The notes under the pieces were generated by a model. It searched no databases. It was given only the letters and a program-made list of their open reading frames with translations, and had not been told where the DNA came from. A DNA stretch of 64,000 nt from a virus, in the IMG/VR virus record IMGVR_UViG_3300006802_000076, positions 1-64,000 of that record, one strand, 5' to 3'. The position numbers and the translations under genes were made by a program. Position 1 is the stretch's first letter; each line of letters starts with the position of its first letter. Positions 45,623 to 56,448 of this stretch are shown here, piece after piece.

Positions 45623-48600
45623 TGATAGATATTGATATTTATGGCAATCAATTAACTAATACTTTTATTTCAAAAACGTCTTCGACAGCTCAAAAGCTGA
45701 AGCCTAAAGTTTATGCTTATTGGCTAGAGAGTCGAAATGTTGTTTTTGATATGGACTCCAATCCTCCCAGTGTTGATATCAATAATCAACACTCTTCCTC
45801 TCAGCAAGGCGATCTTGGATATTACTTCAAGATGGAAGAAGCGATGAATGGCTTGGAAAGGCAGTCATTCACATGGGGTGTCTGTGACGCCAAAGACGTT
45901 GACGGCAATGTAATTCGTGCTGACGGTAATTGGTATGCGATGCCTGGCGATCTTTCTGAGAATTACGAGTATGGGTGGTGGTCTGGTTCAATATCTGAAG
46001 CAACTGTTGAGCCAACATATGGCGGTTATGGGTTTGCTAATAACCCTACTGCTACATATCCTTTTACCGCAATGCCATGCAACCTCATAAAGGTTTTTAC
46101 TTCTGAATATTATGGTCAAGTTCATACTTATAGATTGACAGTCCGTAGTGATGAAGTTGGTGTTGCTAATCCCCTGTATTCAGAGGTTATTACATTCAAA
46201 GATAATCAGTATGTTTACGAGCATTTTTTGCCTGAATCTCTTGGTCATTCTACTATAAGCGAAATTGAAATTGAAATTATTTCAACAAAAAATCCAGAGG
46301 ATAATGCAAGAATTCAAGAGATAAATACTATTTTTGAAGTTGACATCTCTGATGATGTTATTTCAATGAATACTGAAAAGTCTAGGGATCTTCATATAAC
46401 TGAGCTACCGATAGCTGGTGAAGGATCTACTTCAATTGATTTTGTTTTAGACAACACGAATAAAGATTACAATATTTTTAATACTTCTTCACTGTATGGG
46501 AAATACATGAAAAAAAATGTTCGATTTAAATCAACAATTGGGTGGCAAGTCAAAAAGAGTTCAGATTTATATATTGATAAGATTCTATCTAGTGGTATAT
46601 CAGATACGGATACAACTTTTTCTTTGAATGATGTTTCAGACCTGCCTGACGGTGGTGTTGGTGATTATTATGTAATGGTTATTGATCCAGATAATTACAC
46701 TAGGGAATATGTATTGGTTTCGTCAAAAGCGCCTAATGCTAATGATGTCTATATTGTTGAAAGGGGCTTTAATGGCTCTAAAGCTAGATCGCATAATTCA
46801 GGTGTGACAGTAAGATTTGAAACTTTTGAATATCCTGCCTATGTTGAGAGCTGGATTGATGAGTGGCAGGGTGGATCTGATAATATGACAATTTCGGCTA
46901 ACTCTACTGATTGGACAAAGTTTGCCTCAGAGAGAATTATTAATAATGGATTTTTCATTGATAAAGCAACCACTACAGATGCTGTTGAAGGTTTGCTTTT
47001 AACTACCAATTTTCCTAAAAAGAATTTTAGGGGTTTGAATCGTTATAAAAAAACTGCATCAAAAAATGGTGCCGTGTTGCATCTTAATTTTTCTGAGCAG
47101 GCTTTATCTGGTTCTGGGGTCGATGTTGTTGATTATGGTCTTAGAGCTAGATTCTTCTCTATGCCGTCCGGTCAAGAGCGTTTAGTTAAGGATATTCGTG
47201 CTGATGCCCTTGATAGGGAGCTTTCTCCTCTTGAGAAGGCATTGGGCGAGTTGCCAAGTGTTACTCCTGACTACACAGTTAATACTCAAGATATAAACAC
47301 CAATGCACTGTATGCTCTTGATCTTGTTGATTTTTCTTATACCAGAACGGATAGCTCTGTTGTAAACACTTATTACAATATGGTTTTTGATGGTATTTAT
47401 GTGGCTCCAGACACAGGAGATCAGGTTTTAGGCGTGAGCATAGCTCATGGTGGTGTTAGATTGTATCTTGAAGAAATACTTATACTTGATGAATACTTCT
47501 CTCACCCCGTATCTCCCGGTGCAGACACTGAAGTGGAATCAGATGTTGTTAACCTTGTAGCTGGTAAGCCTTATAAGATAAGAGTGGAGGCCTATCACAC
47601 AGTAGACACGAACACTTCTGATACTTTTGGTATAAAGCTTCTTTATGCTACAGGTGTTGATCCCCTGTCGCCTGTCCCTCTTGAGTATACCTATAGAACT
47701 TCTGCTTTCGATATAGCTGGTGCGTCTGATGCCCCGTTCACTGATTTATCAACTGACCGCGGAAAGGTTACAAATAATGCAGTTTATTCTAATGGTGTCG
47801 AAATCGGATTAGAAGGCGGTCTGGTTTCTGATCCTGAGAACTATGCCGCCAGGATCAATAATACTAATTATGCTCGTCTTCCTTACGATCAGTCTTGGGA
47901 TATGACTGATACTGGTAGCGAGAATTACACCGGCAAGTTTTCTATTGAGTTGAATGTGAAATCTAATGAGGCGGCTGGTTTTGGTTCTGATGGTGAGTAT
48001 ATTAGTACGTTTGGTAATTTTTCTCCTTTAGATTTGTCCCCTGCTCTTTGGCTTGATGCTTCTGATACTTCTACGATTACGGCTGCGGATGGTGCCTGGT
48101 TGGACGGAACTGGTTTGGTGTTGCCTGGCACGACGGGGAACTATGCTTCGACGCCGGATTCAGCGGCTCTGGACATCACCGGCGACATGGAGATCGTGGT
48201 GCGAGCCTCAATGGCCGACTGGACTCCTTCTTCTCCTTTACCAATGCAAGGATTGGTGGCAAAGTTTGATGGGCCGTCAGGTTCGGGCCGCTCATACTTC
48301 TTTCGTATTAGATTTGATAGCAACAAGCTAGAGTTTGGTTGGCAGGACAGCGGCACCGCATCAGTCCGAACTCTTGTTGCTGACGCTAATATTTCATTTA
48401 GCGACAATCAAATCGGCTGGGTGAAAGTCGAGTTTGATGTAGACAACGGATCGTCGCAAGCGGAAGCGAAGTTTTACACGGCAGCGGATCAGGCGACCGA
48501 ACCGTCTGTGTGGACGCAGCTTGGTTCTACGAAGACATCGGCTGGTGTTGCTGCGATCGCTACGGGTACTGTTCCGGTTGTTATCGGTTCAGATCAGACG

Positions 48601-50856
48601 GCAACTCGCGCTGCGACTGGCACGTTCTACCGCGCCATCATTCGTGATGGCATCGGTGGCACCGTCGTATTTGACGCAGATTTCTCCGCTGAAGCCGAAG
48701 GCACTCTTTCATTTACCGAAGATTCTGTGAATGCTGCAACGGTTACACTTACGACAACGTATGGTCAGGTGTCGCAATGGGATGATAAGTCCGGTTCGGG
48801 TAACGATGTGGTGCAGGCGACATCGGCAGCGCAGCCGAAGTCGGGTAGGCGTGCGCTCAATGGCTTGAACGTCATTGACGCTGACGGCACCGACTACATG
48901 ACGAACTCAACGCTGGCGTTGACTGCTCAACCAAACACGGTGTTTATCGTTGCGAAACAGGACACCGACACCGATGGCGCACTATTCGACGGCATCACGT
49001 CAACAACCCGGCACATGCTGTACGAGGGGAGCTCAATCTGGCGTTTCTTTGCAGGTACAGCCACCGGGATCGTCGGTGCTTGGGACACCAATGAGCATGT
49101 GTTCACTTGCGCTTTCAACGGTGCTAGTTCCTACCTTCGCATTGACGGAACCCAATCGGCCAACGTCGATGCGGGAGCGCAAAACCTGCAAGGTTTTACT
49201 CTTTTCGGCTCATATGGCGGTGCTGGTCGTTTGTCTGACGGCGCGATCGCCGAGGTCATCGTCATCGACGGCACCCTGACCGCCGATCAGATCGCCGCCA
49301 CCGAAGCATATTTGGCAAGTAAGTGGGGTATTGATTTATCTCCTTCATCATCAAATGGTTTTGAATTCTTTAATGATAGTTCATCTAATGGTTTTAGAAT
49401 TAAAACATCTGCCGGTGTAGAAGAGGTGTCTGCTTCTGGTGTTTTAAGTGCGTCAGATTGGACTCATATAAATGTTACTTTTGATGGTTCTGACCTAAAA
49501 TACTATGTAAATGGTGATCTTGAAGATACGTTAACATTGTCCGGCTCAATTCTGTCTTGGGCGGATTTGGATGTAACTTTTGGGGGTAGGGGTTCTATTT
49601 ACACGATAGGGACCGGTCAAACAGGACCGTATTCTGGTGATTGTGATTTTTATTGTGATCAATTCATTATTTACAATAAGTCCTTGACTGATGATCAGGT
49701 TGCCGATCGTTACACAGAGGCTGTCATGCAGCCGATTACGACATATCCATTCTTGTATGGTAATGAGGCATCTGTTAGGGATATTATCTCTGAGATAACT
49801 CTTGCCGATTTGGGCCGGTTCTATATTGATGAACTTGGATATGGTAAGTATGAACATTTCTACAGGTATTTTGAACCTTCGATTGATCAGCATACTATTG
49901 TTCAAGATACTATCAGTGATGATACTCATATCATTTCTGCTGATTACAATGTTCAACTTCAAACTAATAAAGTTGTTGTAAAGATTGCCGGTCTATCAAG
50001 TAACCTTAGCGGAACGCAATCTTTGTGGCGCGCAGATAATCCGACCATTTTAGCAGTTGTTAATCTTGAATTGCCTACAACTGCTGACGCTAATAGCATT
50101 ACTGTTTCAAGCACAGTTGACCCCCCATTTTATAATGCTGGTTATCTTGTCATTGACGATGAGATTATTAAATATTCTTCAAAAACTCCAACGACTTTCA
50201 ATAATCTAGAGAGGGGTATGTTTGGAACTACAGCGGCATCTCATGATGCTGATACTCCGATCAGGGAGGCTAGATATTGGGACTTGAAATACAACAAGGC
50301 TCCGGCTTATAATGTGAAGAATCCTTTGATTTCAGGCATTGAATTTGAAGACCCTGATCAGATAGACATTCTGATGTGGAAGCCTGGCTTCTATGGTGCT
50401 GAGCTTGTTTTATGCGCTGATGAGAATATAGGTGTTGGTGAAGTTGTTCTTGTTGAAGGAACTGATCCCATTTCTGGGAAGGTTTCTTTTGCGGCGATTG
50501 CCGGTATTCCGGTTCTGCTTACTGAGCAGGGAAGCCAGATCGAAGAACAGGTTGCTGACTTGTCAGAGAGTATTAGATTGTACGGTTTGAAAGAGGTTGT
50601 TATTGAAAACAAATTTATTACAGACTTTAATCACGGTCAAAAGATTGCTGATTTCATTATTAGCAAGATGAGTACTCCTGTGCCACTTATAAATCTTAAT
50701 ACTATTTTGATGCCTCAAGCGGCTATTGGTGATCGAATTAAGATTTCTTCTCTTGATGCGTTTGATATAATAAATGGGGAGTACTGGTTAATTTCCAAGT
50801 CTGTTTCTTATGGTGATTCTCCATCCCAATCTATAATTCTAAGGAAGGTTGTATAA
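45622..50856 (+). CDS. Baseplate hub / central tail protein with PA14-like and nested LamG-like domains
   Basis: GGVRLYL...LVAGKPYKIRVE; WTHINVTFDGSDLKYYVNG; GGAGG RBS. Confidence 0.75.
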   Translation: MIDIDIYGNQLTNTFISKTSSTAQKLKPKVYAYWLESRNVVFDMDSNPPSVDINNQHSSSQQGDLGYYFKMEEAMNGLERQSFTWGVCDAKDVDGNVIRADGNWYAMPGDLSENYEYGWWSGSISEATVEPTYGGYGFANNPTATYPFTAMPCNLIKVFTSEYYGQVHTYRLTVRSDEVGVANPLYSEVITFKDNQYVYEHFLPESLGHSTISEIEIEIISTKNPEDNARIQEINTIFEVDISDDVISMNTEKSRDLHITELPIAGEGSTSIDFVLDNTNKDYNIFNTSSLYGKYMKKNVRFKSTIGWQVKKSSDLYIDKILSSGISDTDTTFSLNDVSDLPDGGVGDYYVMVIDPDNYTREYVLVSSKAPNANDVYIVERGFNGSKARSHNSGVTVRFETFEYPAYVESWIDEWQGGSDNMTISANSTDWTKFASERIINNGFFIDKATTTDAVEGLLLTTNFPKKNFRGLNRYKKTASKNGAVLHLNFSEQALSGSGVDVVDYGLRARFFSMPSGQERLVKDIRADALDRELSPLEKALGELPSVTPDYTVNTQDINTNALYALDLVDFSYTRTDSSVVNTYYNMVFDGIYVAPDTGDQVLGVSIAHGGVRLYLEEILILDEYFSHPVSPGADTEVESDVVNLVAGKPYKIRVEAYHTVDTNTSDTFGIKLLYATGVDPLSPVPLEYTYRTSAFDIAGASDAPFTDLSTDRGKVTNNAVYSNGVEIGLEGGLVSDPENYAARINNTNYARLPYDQSWDMTDTGSENYTGKFSIELNVKSNEAAGFGSDGEYISTFGNFSPLDLSPALWLDASDTSTITAADGAWLDGTGLVLPGTTGNYASTPDSAALDITGDMEIVVRASMADWTPSSPLPMQGLVAKFDGPSGSGRSYFFRIRFDSNKLEFGWQDSGTASVRTLVADANISFSDNQIGWVKVEFDVDNGSSQAEAKFYTAADQATEPSVWTQLGSTKTSAGVAAIATGTVPVVIGSDQTATRAATGTFYRAIIRDGIGGTVVFDADFSAEAEGTLSFTEDSVNAATVTLTTTYGQVSQWDDKSGSGNDVVQATSAAQPKSGRRALNGLNVIDADGTDYMTNSTLALTAQPNTVFIVAKQDTDTDGALFDGITSTTRHMLYEGSSIWRFFAGTATGIVGAWDTNEHVFTCAFNGASSYLRIDGTQSANVDAGAQNLQGFTLFGSYGGAGRLSDGAIAEVIVIDGTLTADQIAATEAYLASKWGIDLSPSSSNGFEFFNDSSSNGFRIKTSAGVEEVSASGVLSASDWTHINVTFDGSDLKYYVNGDLEDTLTLSGSILSWADLDVTFGGRGSIYTIGTGQTGPYSGDCDFYCDQFIIYNKSLTDDQVADRYTEAVMQPITTYPFLYGNEASVRDIISEITLADLGRFYIDELGYGKYEHFYRYFEPSIDQHTIVQDTISDDTHIISADYNVQLQTNKVVVKIAGLSSNLSGTQSLWRADNPTILAVVNLELPTTADANSITVSSTVDPPFYNAGYLVIDDEIIKYSSKTPTTFNNLERGMFGTTAASHDADTPIREARYWDLKYNKAPAYNVKNPLISGIEFEDPDQIDILMWKPGFYGAELVLCADENIGVGEVVLVEGTDPISGKVSFAAIAGIPVLLTEQGSQIEEQVADLSESIRLYGLKEVVIENKFITDFNHGQKIADFIISKMSTPVPLINLNTILMPQAAIGDRIKISSLDAFDIINGEYWLISKSVSYGDSPSQSIILRKVV

Positions 50857-52505
50857 TGGCTCAAAGAAGATCACTTAACACTGGTATGTCTGAGACTGCT
50901 GTGTTCTTTTATGACTCCGGAGGCCATAGTCATGATGGTCAAGATTCAAGTTTAATAGATGTCAATAAGTATTCTATTTTTGACTTTGGTGTTAACACTA
51001 TTTATACTACTAATGATAGAGCGATTAATCAAGATAAAAATATTCGCGCCTTAAAGAATTTTATTGTGAACACTGTTAATAATAATGTTTTAGCTCCTGC
51101 GGGTATAACTTTAGGAGAGAATGTTATTAATGGATACAATATTATTGCTAGATCTATTAGATCTGAAAATATTGGTGCTAACCAAATTACATCTAATGAA
51201 ATATTGGCAGGCACTATTACAACTTTAGAGCTTGCAACAGATTCAATTAAAAGCCTTAATTACTCTAATCCTTTATCTAATATTTATTCGGATTCTGGAA
51301 CTTTTTTTGATCTTGCTAACGGTGATATTTTTTCTGAAAACTTCTCCTTGGTTTCTGGATCATTGAGGCTTAGAGGAAATCTGTACGGGAATAAAACTGG
51401 CTACTCCGATACCACAAATGGTTATTTTCTTGGTGAAGATGGTGGAAATTACAAACTAAATATTGGTAATAGTAGTACTAATATTAAATGGGATGGATCT
51501 AGCTTAACCACCCAAGGGGCTACTATAACTGGCGGTGTGATCCAAACATCAACAAGCGGCGAAAGAGTTGTTATATCAAATAATAGAATTAGTTTATATG
51601 CTCCATCTAGTGCAGGTAATACTGCTGCAATTTATTTTGATCCTCCTACAAATTTATACAATGGGGTCATTCAGAGCACCGGGTCTATACTTATTTCTAC
51701 AGCGGCTGGTAATTTTCAGATTGGATACCATAGTGGTGTTTATAGTGGTGTTTACTCAAATATGGGATATGAATCAGATAATATTTTTGAAGGAACTCTT
51801 AATGCTACTCTTGATTCAACTCATTTTAGTGACAACTGGAATCAGGTTCAATTTATTGCTCAAAATATAAGTTCCGATGGTGCTGCTATAGCATTAAGGG
51901 GTGGAAATGATACTGGGACGGTGCAGTTGAGAGTCAATTATAACTCTCAACTTCTTCGTGTAAGAAATTACAACAATACAGCATGGGTTAATGTTCAAGC
52001 TTACGATGGTATATTTAATGAAGTGTTTTTATCTGGGCAAGGGATTAAATATAATGGCTTACTTAACAAGCCAGCAGGAGCAACAGCAAACTATACTGGT
52101 TTCACATGGGACTCTCCTAATATGTATGGTCTTATTGATAACGGAGCCGCCACTTTTGTTGTTGGAACTAGTTCAGATAGGCGAGTGAAAACAAATATTT
52201 TACCATTTGAAAATGGTTTAGATGTTATAAATAGTTTTAATACAGTTTCTTTTAACCCAATTCAAAACATTTCTTTTGAAGGCGGCATTGTTTCTGTTCC
52301 GGATGACGAATACCAGATCTTAGGAGAGAGTAGAGTTGGTCTTATTGCTGATGAGGTGAAATCTATAACACCTTGGCTTGTAATTGGCGATGCTAATGAA
52401 TCTCAGATTCAATCTGTAGACTATTCTGGTATAACTCCATTATTAATAAGGGCAGTTCAGGAGTTGAGTGAAAGAATAGAAGCATTAGAGGCTCAGTTGC
52501 CGTAG
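50856..52505 (+). CDS. Tail fibre/spike with C-terminal S74 intramolecular chaperone
   Basis: SSDRRVKTNI...GLIADEV...VDYSGITPLLIRAVQEL. Confidence 0.85.
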   Translation: MAQRRSLNTGMSETAVFFYDSGGHSHDGQDSSLIDVNKYSIFDFGVNTIYTTNDRAINQDKNIRALKNFIVNTVNNNVLAPAGITLGENVINGYNIIARSIRSENIGANQITSNEILAGTITTLELATDSIKSLNYSNPLSNIYSDSGTFFDLANGDIFSENFSLVSGSLRLRGNLYGNKTGYSDTTNGYFLGEDGGNYKLNIGNSSTNIKWDGSSLTTQGATITGGVIQTSTSGERVVISNNRISLYAPSSAGNTAAIYFDPPTNLYNGVIQSTGSILISTAAGNFQIGYHSGVYSGVYSNMGYESDNIFEGTLNATLDSTHFSDNWNQVQFIAQNISSDGAAIALRGGNDTGTVQLRVNYNSQLLRVRNYNNTAWVNVQAYDGIFNEVFLSGQGIKYNGLLNKPAGATANYTGFTWDSPNMYGLIDNGAATFVVGTSSDRRVKTNILPFENGLDVINSFNTVSFNPIQNISFEGGIVSVPDDEYQILGESRVGLIADEVKSITPWLVIGDANESQIQSVDYSGITPLLIRAVQELSERIEALEAQLP

Positions 52506-52541
52506 GCTTCTAACTGTTTTTGATGTATAATAGAGGTTACT

Positions 52542-53186
52542 ATGGCTTATGAAAATTATCGTTTTGTTAGCTGGGCTGCTAAAACACCTTTGACTGGTGA
52601 TCGCCTAGCCCAAATGTCAACGAATATAGAGCAGGTCAAACTTGCTACGGATGATAGACCACAAGGTGTTATTAAATATATATCTAATACTGATATAGGC
52701 AGTTCGTTTAGCGATTTTACAGAGCATCAGCTTGCAGTTCTTGATTATTCAGGTCTTACTGATTACAGAATCAGCGCAGATGGTAATCGTTTTGTTAGGC
52801 TTACTGTTTCTTTTCCTGGTGTAAAAGTGGCAGCAAGAGGTGCTGAAGATTGTAGATACGAGTTAAAGATTAAGCAAGGAGATGTGTCACCTTCCATACT
52901 TGGTACGTTTTATCTTAACTCGCATCTTTTTTCTTTTTACGATGTTTCAGCTAACGCATCTACAACTACTATAGACGTTAGAAGTATTGCGTATCCGGTG
53001 TACTTCGGTGCTGGAGTGTACTCCATCATAGCGACGACATCGGGTGGCGGGTGGTCAAACGAGACTTTTTCTGTGTCGATCGAAAGAAAGCAAAACGCGA
53101 ATACAAACAACGCTCCAAGTTATACTATTATGAGTTCGACAACCGCACCTGTTGAGCTGTACGCAGAGGATGTTGGCGGTTTCTGA
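52542..53186 (+). CDS. Putative minor tail protein
   Basis: W...TPLTGDRL N-terminus; EDVG C-terminus. Confidence 0.55.
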   Translation: MAYENYRFVSWAAKTPLTGDRLAQMSTNIEQVKLATDDRPQGVIKYISNTDIGSSFSDFTEHQLAVLDYSGLTDYRISADGNRFVRLTVSFPGVKVAARGAEDCRYELKIKQGDVSPSILGTFYLNSHLFSFYDVSANASTTTIDVRSIAYPVYFGAGVYSIIATTSGGGWSNETFSVSIERKQNANTNNAPSYTIMSSTTAPVELYAEDVGGF

Positions 53187-53629
53187 TGGCCTCTAGAGGC
53201 CTAGCTTCTCAACGGAAAGATGTTGATTGGAAAGAGATTGCTGTTGTAGGGGAACTTAATCCAAATTATAGCGGTGGTAAGTATATTGATGATAAAGGGT
53301 ATGTGCGTATACTTATGCCTAATCATCCTAAAAATATTAAAGGATATGTTTATGAGCATCGTCTTGTGATTGAAGCATATCTAGATAGATTTTTAAACCC
53401 TTGGGAGTCTGTTCATCATATAAACGAAGTAAAATCCGATAATCGTGTTGAGAACTTATATCTTTGTACATCTAAAGAGCATAGCGCAATACACAGAGAA
53501 GGTAGTCGCCCTACTGAAGCGCACCGTAAAATTTTGCGAGACAATATGACGGAGAGAAACCGGGCGATCAAAAAAAATCCGAAAAAGAAGCCCCTTTTGC
53601 CTCCGAAATACCCTAGACTGGCCCCCTGA
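53186..53629 (+). CDS. HNH endonuclease
   Basis: YEHRLV...VHHINEVKSDNRVENL...EHSAIH. Confidence 0.9.
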   Translation: MASRGLASQRKDVDWKEIAVVGELNPNYSGGKYIDDKGYVRILMPNHPKNIKGYVYEHRLVIEAYLDRFLNPWESVHHINEVKSDNRVENLYLCTSKEHSAIHREGSRPTEAHRKILRDNMTERNRAIKKNPKKKPLLPPKYPRLAP

Positions 53630-53656
53630 CCGGATAGAAAGTGCTAAAATTTCCCT

Positions 53657-54826
53657 ATGAAGATTTGCCAAGGGCAAGGTTGCTCTTTAGAATTTGAGCC
53701 GAATAGCCCCAATCAAAAGTACGCTTTCCCTACTTGTAGAAAGTCAATCGACTCGTTGGGGGTGTGTAAATACAGAAAAGAAAATGGACTAGTTGAGATG
53801 CCTGAAGATGTTTTGTCGGGGGATATCCCAGAGTCCGACTCGGAGCTGCGTATCGCATACTCTAAGCTTTTACAAGAGTACGACAAGGTAAAGTCTAAGA
53901 AGGATGATCTTGTGGATGCAGTTTACAGGGCTGTTCTTGATTCAACAGCCACCTCGCAACTTGACAAGGTAAAAGCTCCACCTTACGTGTCTAGCAAGAC
54001 CTCTAGTGATGAGGTTGCTGTTGCTGTTATTGCTGACTGGCAGTTAGCTAAAGTCACACCAGATTATAATTCACAAGTTTGTGAAGATCGTATTGAGCAG
54101 TATGCTCAGAAGATTGTGGATCTCACTAACATTCAGAGAGCAGACCATCCTGTTAATACTATTCATGTATGGGCGCTGGGTGATATTGTTGAGGGAGAGT
54201 TAATTTTTCCAGGTCAATCGTTTTTGATTGATGGTGGCCTTTATCGACAAGTCACTGTTGATGGTCCTCGCATTTTGAAGAACTTCCTAACTAAGTTGCT
54301 TGAAAACTTTGACAAAGTTCATTTTACCGGTGTGATTGGTAATCATGGTGCCCTTGGTGGGCGTAGCCGTAGGGACCATGATCCTGAGACTAACGCGGAT
54401 AGAATGTTGTATCGTATTGTACAATGGATGTTTGAGAATGAAAAAAGGATCACTTTCGATATCCCAGATGGTCGTGGCGAAAAGCATTGGTTTGCTGTTC
54501 CAAAGATTGGAAACTATAAGAGCCTTCTTTGTCACGGCGACCAGTTTGGGGGTCTTTCCTCCTTCTTTTCTTTCCAGAAGAAAGTTTATGGATGGAAGAT
54601 TGGAGCTTTAGGTGAGGATTTTGATGATGTTTATATTGGGCACTGGCATACTCCAACTAAAATGACTTTCAATACGATTCAAGTTAGAGTGTCGGGTAGT
54701 CCTGAGTCTACAAACACATATGCTATGGAGAGTTTGGCGGCTGTTGGTCGCCCTTCGCAGCCTTTGATGTTTGTTCACCCCGAAAAGGGGATAGTCACAG
54801 CTGAATACAACTGTTGGCTTGATTAA
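53657..54826 (+). CDS. Calcineurin-like metallophosphoesterase/nuclease
   Basis: ADWQ, GDIVEG, GNHG, HGD, GHWH. Confidence 0.85.
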   Translation: MKICQGQGCSLEFEPNSPNQKYAFPTCRKSIDSLGVCKYRKENGLVEMPEDVLSGDIPESDSELRIAYSKLLQEYDKVKSKKDDLVDAVYRAVLDSTATSQLDKVKAPPYVSSKTSSDEVAVAVIADWQLAKVTPDYNSQVCEDRIEQYAQKIVDLTNIQRADHPVNTIHVWALGDIVEGELIFPGQSFLIDGGLYRQVTVDGPRILKNFLTKLLENFDKVHFTGVIGNHGALGGRSRRDHDPETNADRMLYRIVQWMFENEKRITFDIPDGRGEKHWFAVPKIGNYKSLLCHGDQFGGLSSFFSFQKKVYGWKIGALGEDFDDVYIGHWHTPTKMTFNTIQVRVSGSPESTNTYAMESLAAVGRPSQPLMFVHPEKGIVTAEYNCWLD

Positions 54827-54836
54827 GGAGGATATA

Positions 54837-55034
54837 ATGAAAACTATTTATAAAGATCTGATTGAGAGAGTTGCTTGGACAGCCGTTCAGGCGTTTCTAG
54901 CGGCTTTCACTATTGGTGGAGTTGATAATACAAAGGCCGCAGCAATTGCGGCCGTTGCTGCGGCGTTAAGTGTTATTAAAGGGTTTGCAGCTACTAGGAT
55001 TGGTAATCCGAACTCAGCAGCCACTATTCGGTGA
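54837..55034 (+). CDS. Holin-like membrane protein
   Basis: ERVAWTAVQAFLAA...AAALSVIKG; AAGGAGG RBS. Confidence 0.7.
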   Translation: MKTIYKDLIERVAWTAVQAFLAAFTIGGVDNTKAAAIAAVAAALSVIKGFAATRIGNPNSAATIR

Positions 55035-55082
55035 TTTATAATTGCTTAACATCCTCACATTTTGTTGTGATATTATATAATT

Positions 55083-55283
55083 ATGAAAATTAAATCAAAG
55101 ATTAATTTAAAGTGCTCAAGATGTGGGGGTGTTAAGTATATCGATGACCCATATAATTTGTCTTCAACATGGTTTGCTGATATCTCATGCCTTACTTGCG
55201 GGGATATTAGAAGTATCGAAGTGGATAAGTTGAAGATATTACTTAGTAAGCTTGAAGGAGCCAAGCCTATTGCTGACAGATAA
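55083..55283 (+). CDS. Zinc-ribbon protein
   Basis: CSRCGG...CLTCG. Confidence 0.65.
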   Translation: MKIKSKINLKCSRCGGVKYIDDPYNLSSTWFADISCLTCGDIRSIEVDKLKILLSKLEGAKPIADR

Positions 55284-55728
55284 GGTCATTGTTAAAAAAA
55301 TATATTTGTATTCTGGTGTTTTGCATAAAGTTAAAAGAGTTAATAAAACAAGAAAGCTTGTTACTCTTCAAGATTTGCAAACAAATGATTTGATCGGAAT
55401 TCCGCTTGGCGGCGCAGAAATTCTGCTTTCAAGGGTGTATTCGATCGGTGAAGTCGCTAGAATAGTTGAGCGCAAGACTGATACAATCAGGAAGTACGAA
55501 AGGGGTGGTCTAATACCAAAGCCTTTTTGTGTTGGGGATGACTATCCAGCATTCAAAGGGTGGAGGTTTTATACAACAGATGATGTTTATGAGATGGTCG
55601 AATTCTTTGCAAATAGAACACCTGGAAGACCAACTAAGCCAATCCCAATTGTTGATGTAAAGATAAACAATTTAAACGAAAAAATTAAATTTATTAATAG
55701 GAGTTTTAATGTCGATGCAAGAACATGA
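55270..55728 (+). CDS. MerR-like HTH protein
   Basis: YSIGEVARIVERKTDTIRKYERGGLIP...GWRFYT. Confidence 0.8.
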   Translation: MLTDKVIVKKIYLYSGVLHKVKRVNKTRKLVTLQDLQTNDLIGIPLGGAEILLSRVYSIGEVARIVERKTDTIRKYERGGLIPKPFCVGDDYPAFKGWRFYTTDDVYEMVEFFANRTPGRPTKPIPIVDVKINNLNEKIKFINRSFNVDART

Positions 55729-55915
55729 TGTTGAAATATGGGCATCTATTGGTGTTACTAAGAATCTTGGTAATTATGAATCTTTGCGGCTGGATGCTGG
55801 TGCTAGAGTGAAGGCGTCGTCTGCGGATGACGATAGCGCTTGGCAAGCTTTGTGGAATGCTGTTGATGAACAGATTGAAGCAAAGCTTCAGGAGCTAGAT
55901 GGTGACAAGTCCTGA
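55709..55915 (+). CDS. Conserved phage hypothetical protein
   Basis: TKNLGNYESLRLD motif. Confidence 0.7.
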   Translation: MSMQEHDVEIWASIGVTKNLGNYESLRLDAGARVKASSADDDSAWQALWNAVDEQIEAKLQELDGDKS

Positions 55916-56204
55916 AGATTGGCATAGAAGTGCTCTATGTAAAAAAGACGATTTTCCGTCCTTCTGGCTTTCTAGTGAAATCGATAAGGTAAGGTATGCA
56001 CAGGCTGTTTGCCAAAAATGTACTGTTAGAGTTGAATGCTTTTTATCTGCCATACATGAGCGATATGAGTTTATTGGTGTCAATGGTGGAGTGAGTGAAA
56101 TTGAATTTCTTATTCGTACATGGGAGGAGGTAGAGGATGCAGAACAATCTAACTGGAGAGGGTCTGATTTCCTTATTCAAGAATTGCTCAGAGAAATCGC
56201 ATAA
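55899..56204 (+). CDS. whiB: WhiB-family transcription factor
   Basis: W...ALC...AQAVCQKCTVRVEC...GVNGG. Confidence 0.8.
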   Translation: MVTSPEDWHRSALCKKDDFPSFWLSSEIDKVRYAQAVCQKCTVRVECFLSAIHERYEFIGVNGGVSEIEFLIRTWEEVEDAEQSNWRGSDFLIQELLREIA

Positions 56205-56448
56205 GCTTTTTGTGCCGGATTCGCCACGTCAGGATGATATTGCTGAAAGTTTAGCAAAGCATTATGATTCTGATTTACTTGTTAAGGCTGTAGAGTGGTA
56301 CGTTGAAAACCGCCCAGGCCCTTTTCTGATTTTTGATTTTGCAATTGAGTCAAGGGAGATGGTTGAAAGAGTCAAGCACGAAAGCGAAGCTAAGGCTAAG
56401 TTTAAAGATATTGTAGAACAAACACGTCAGAGAATGGAAAATTCTTGA
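56137..56448 (+). CDS. Hypothetical protein upstream of the helicase
   Basis: ORF with RBS. Confidence 0.6.
   Translation: MQNNLTGEGLISLFKNCSEKSHKLFVPDSPRQDDIAESLAKHYDSDLLVKAVEWYVENRPGPFLIFDFAIESREMVERVKHESEAKAKFKDIVEQTRQRMENS

Noticed and set aside
25238-52505. Diversity-generating retroelement acting on fibre genes
   Set aside because: No reverse transcriptase and no adenine-specific template/variable repeat pair seen
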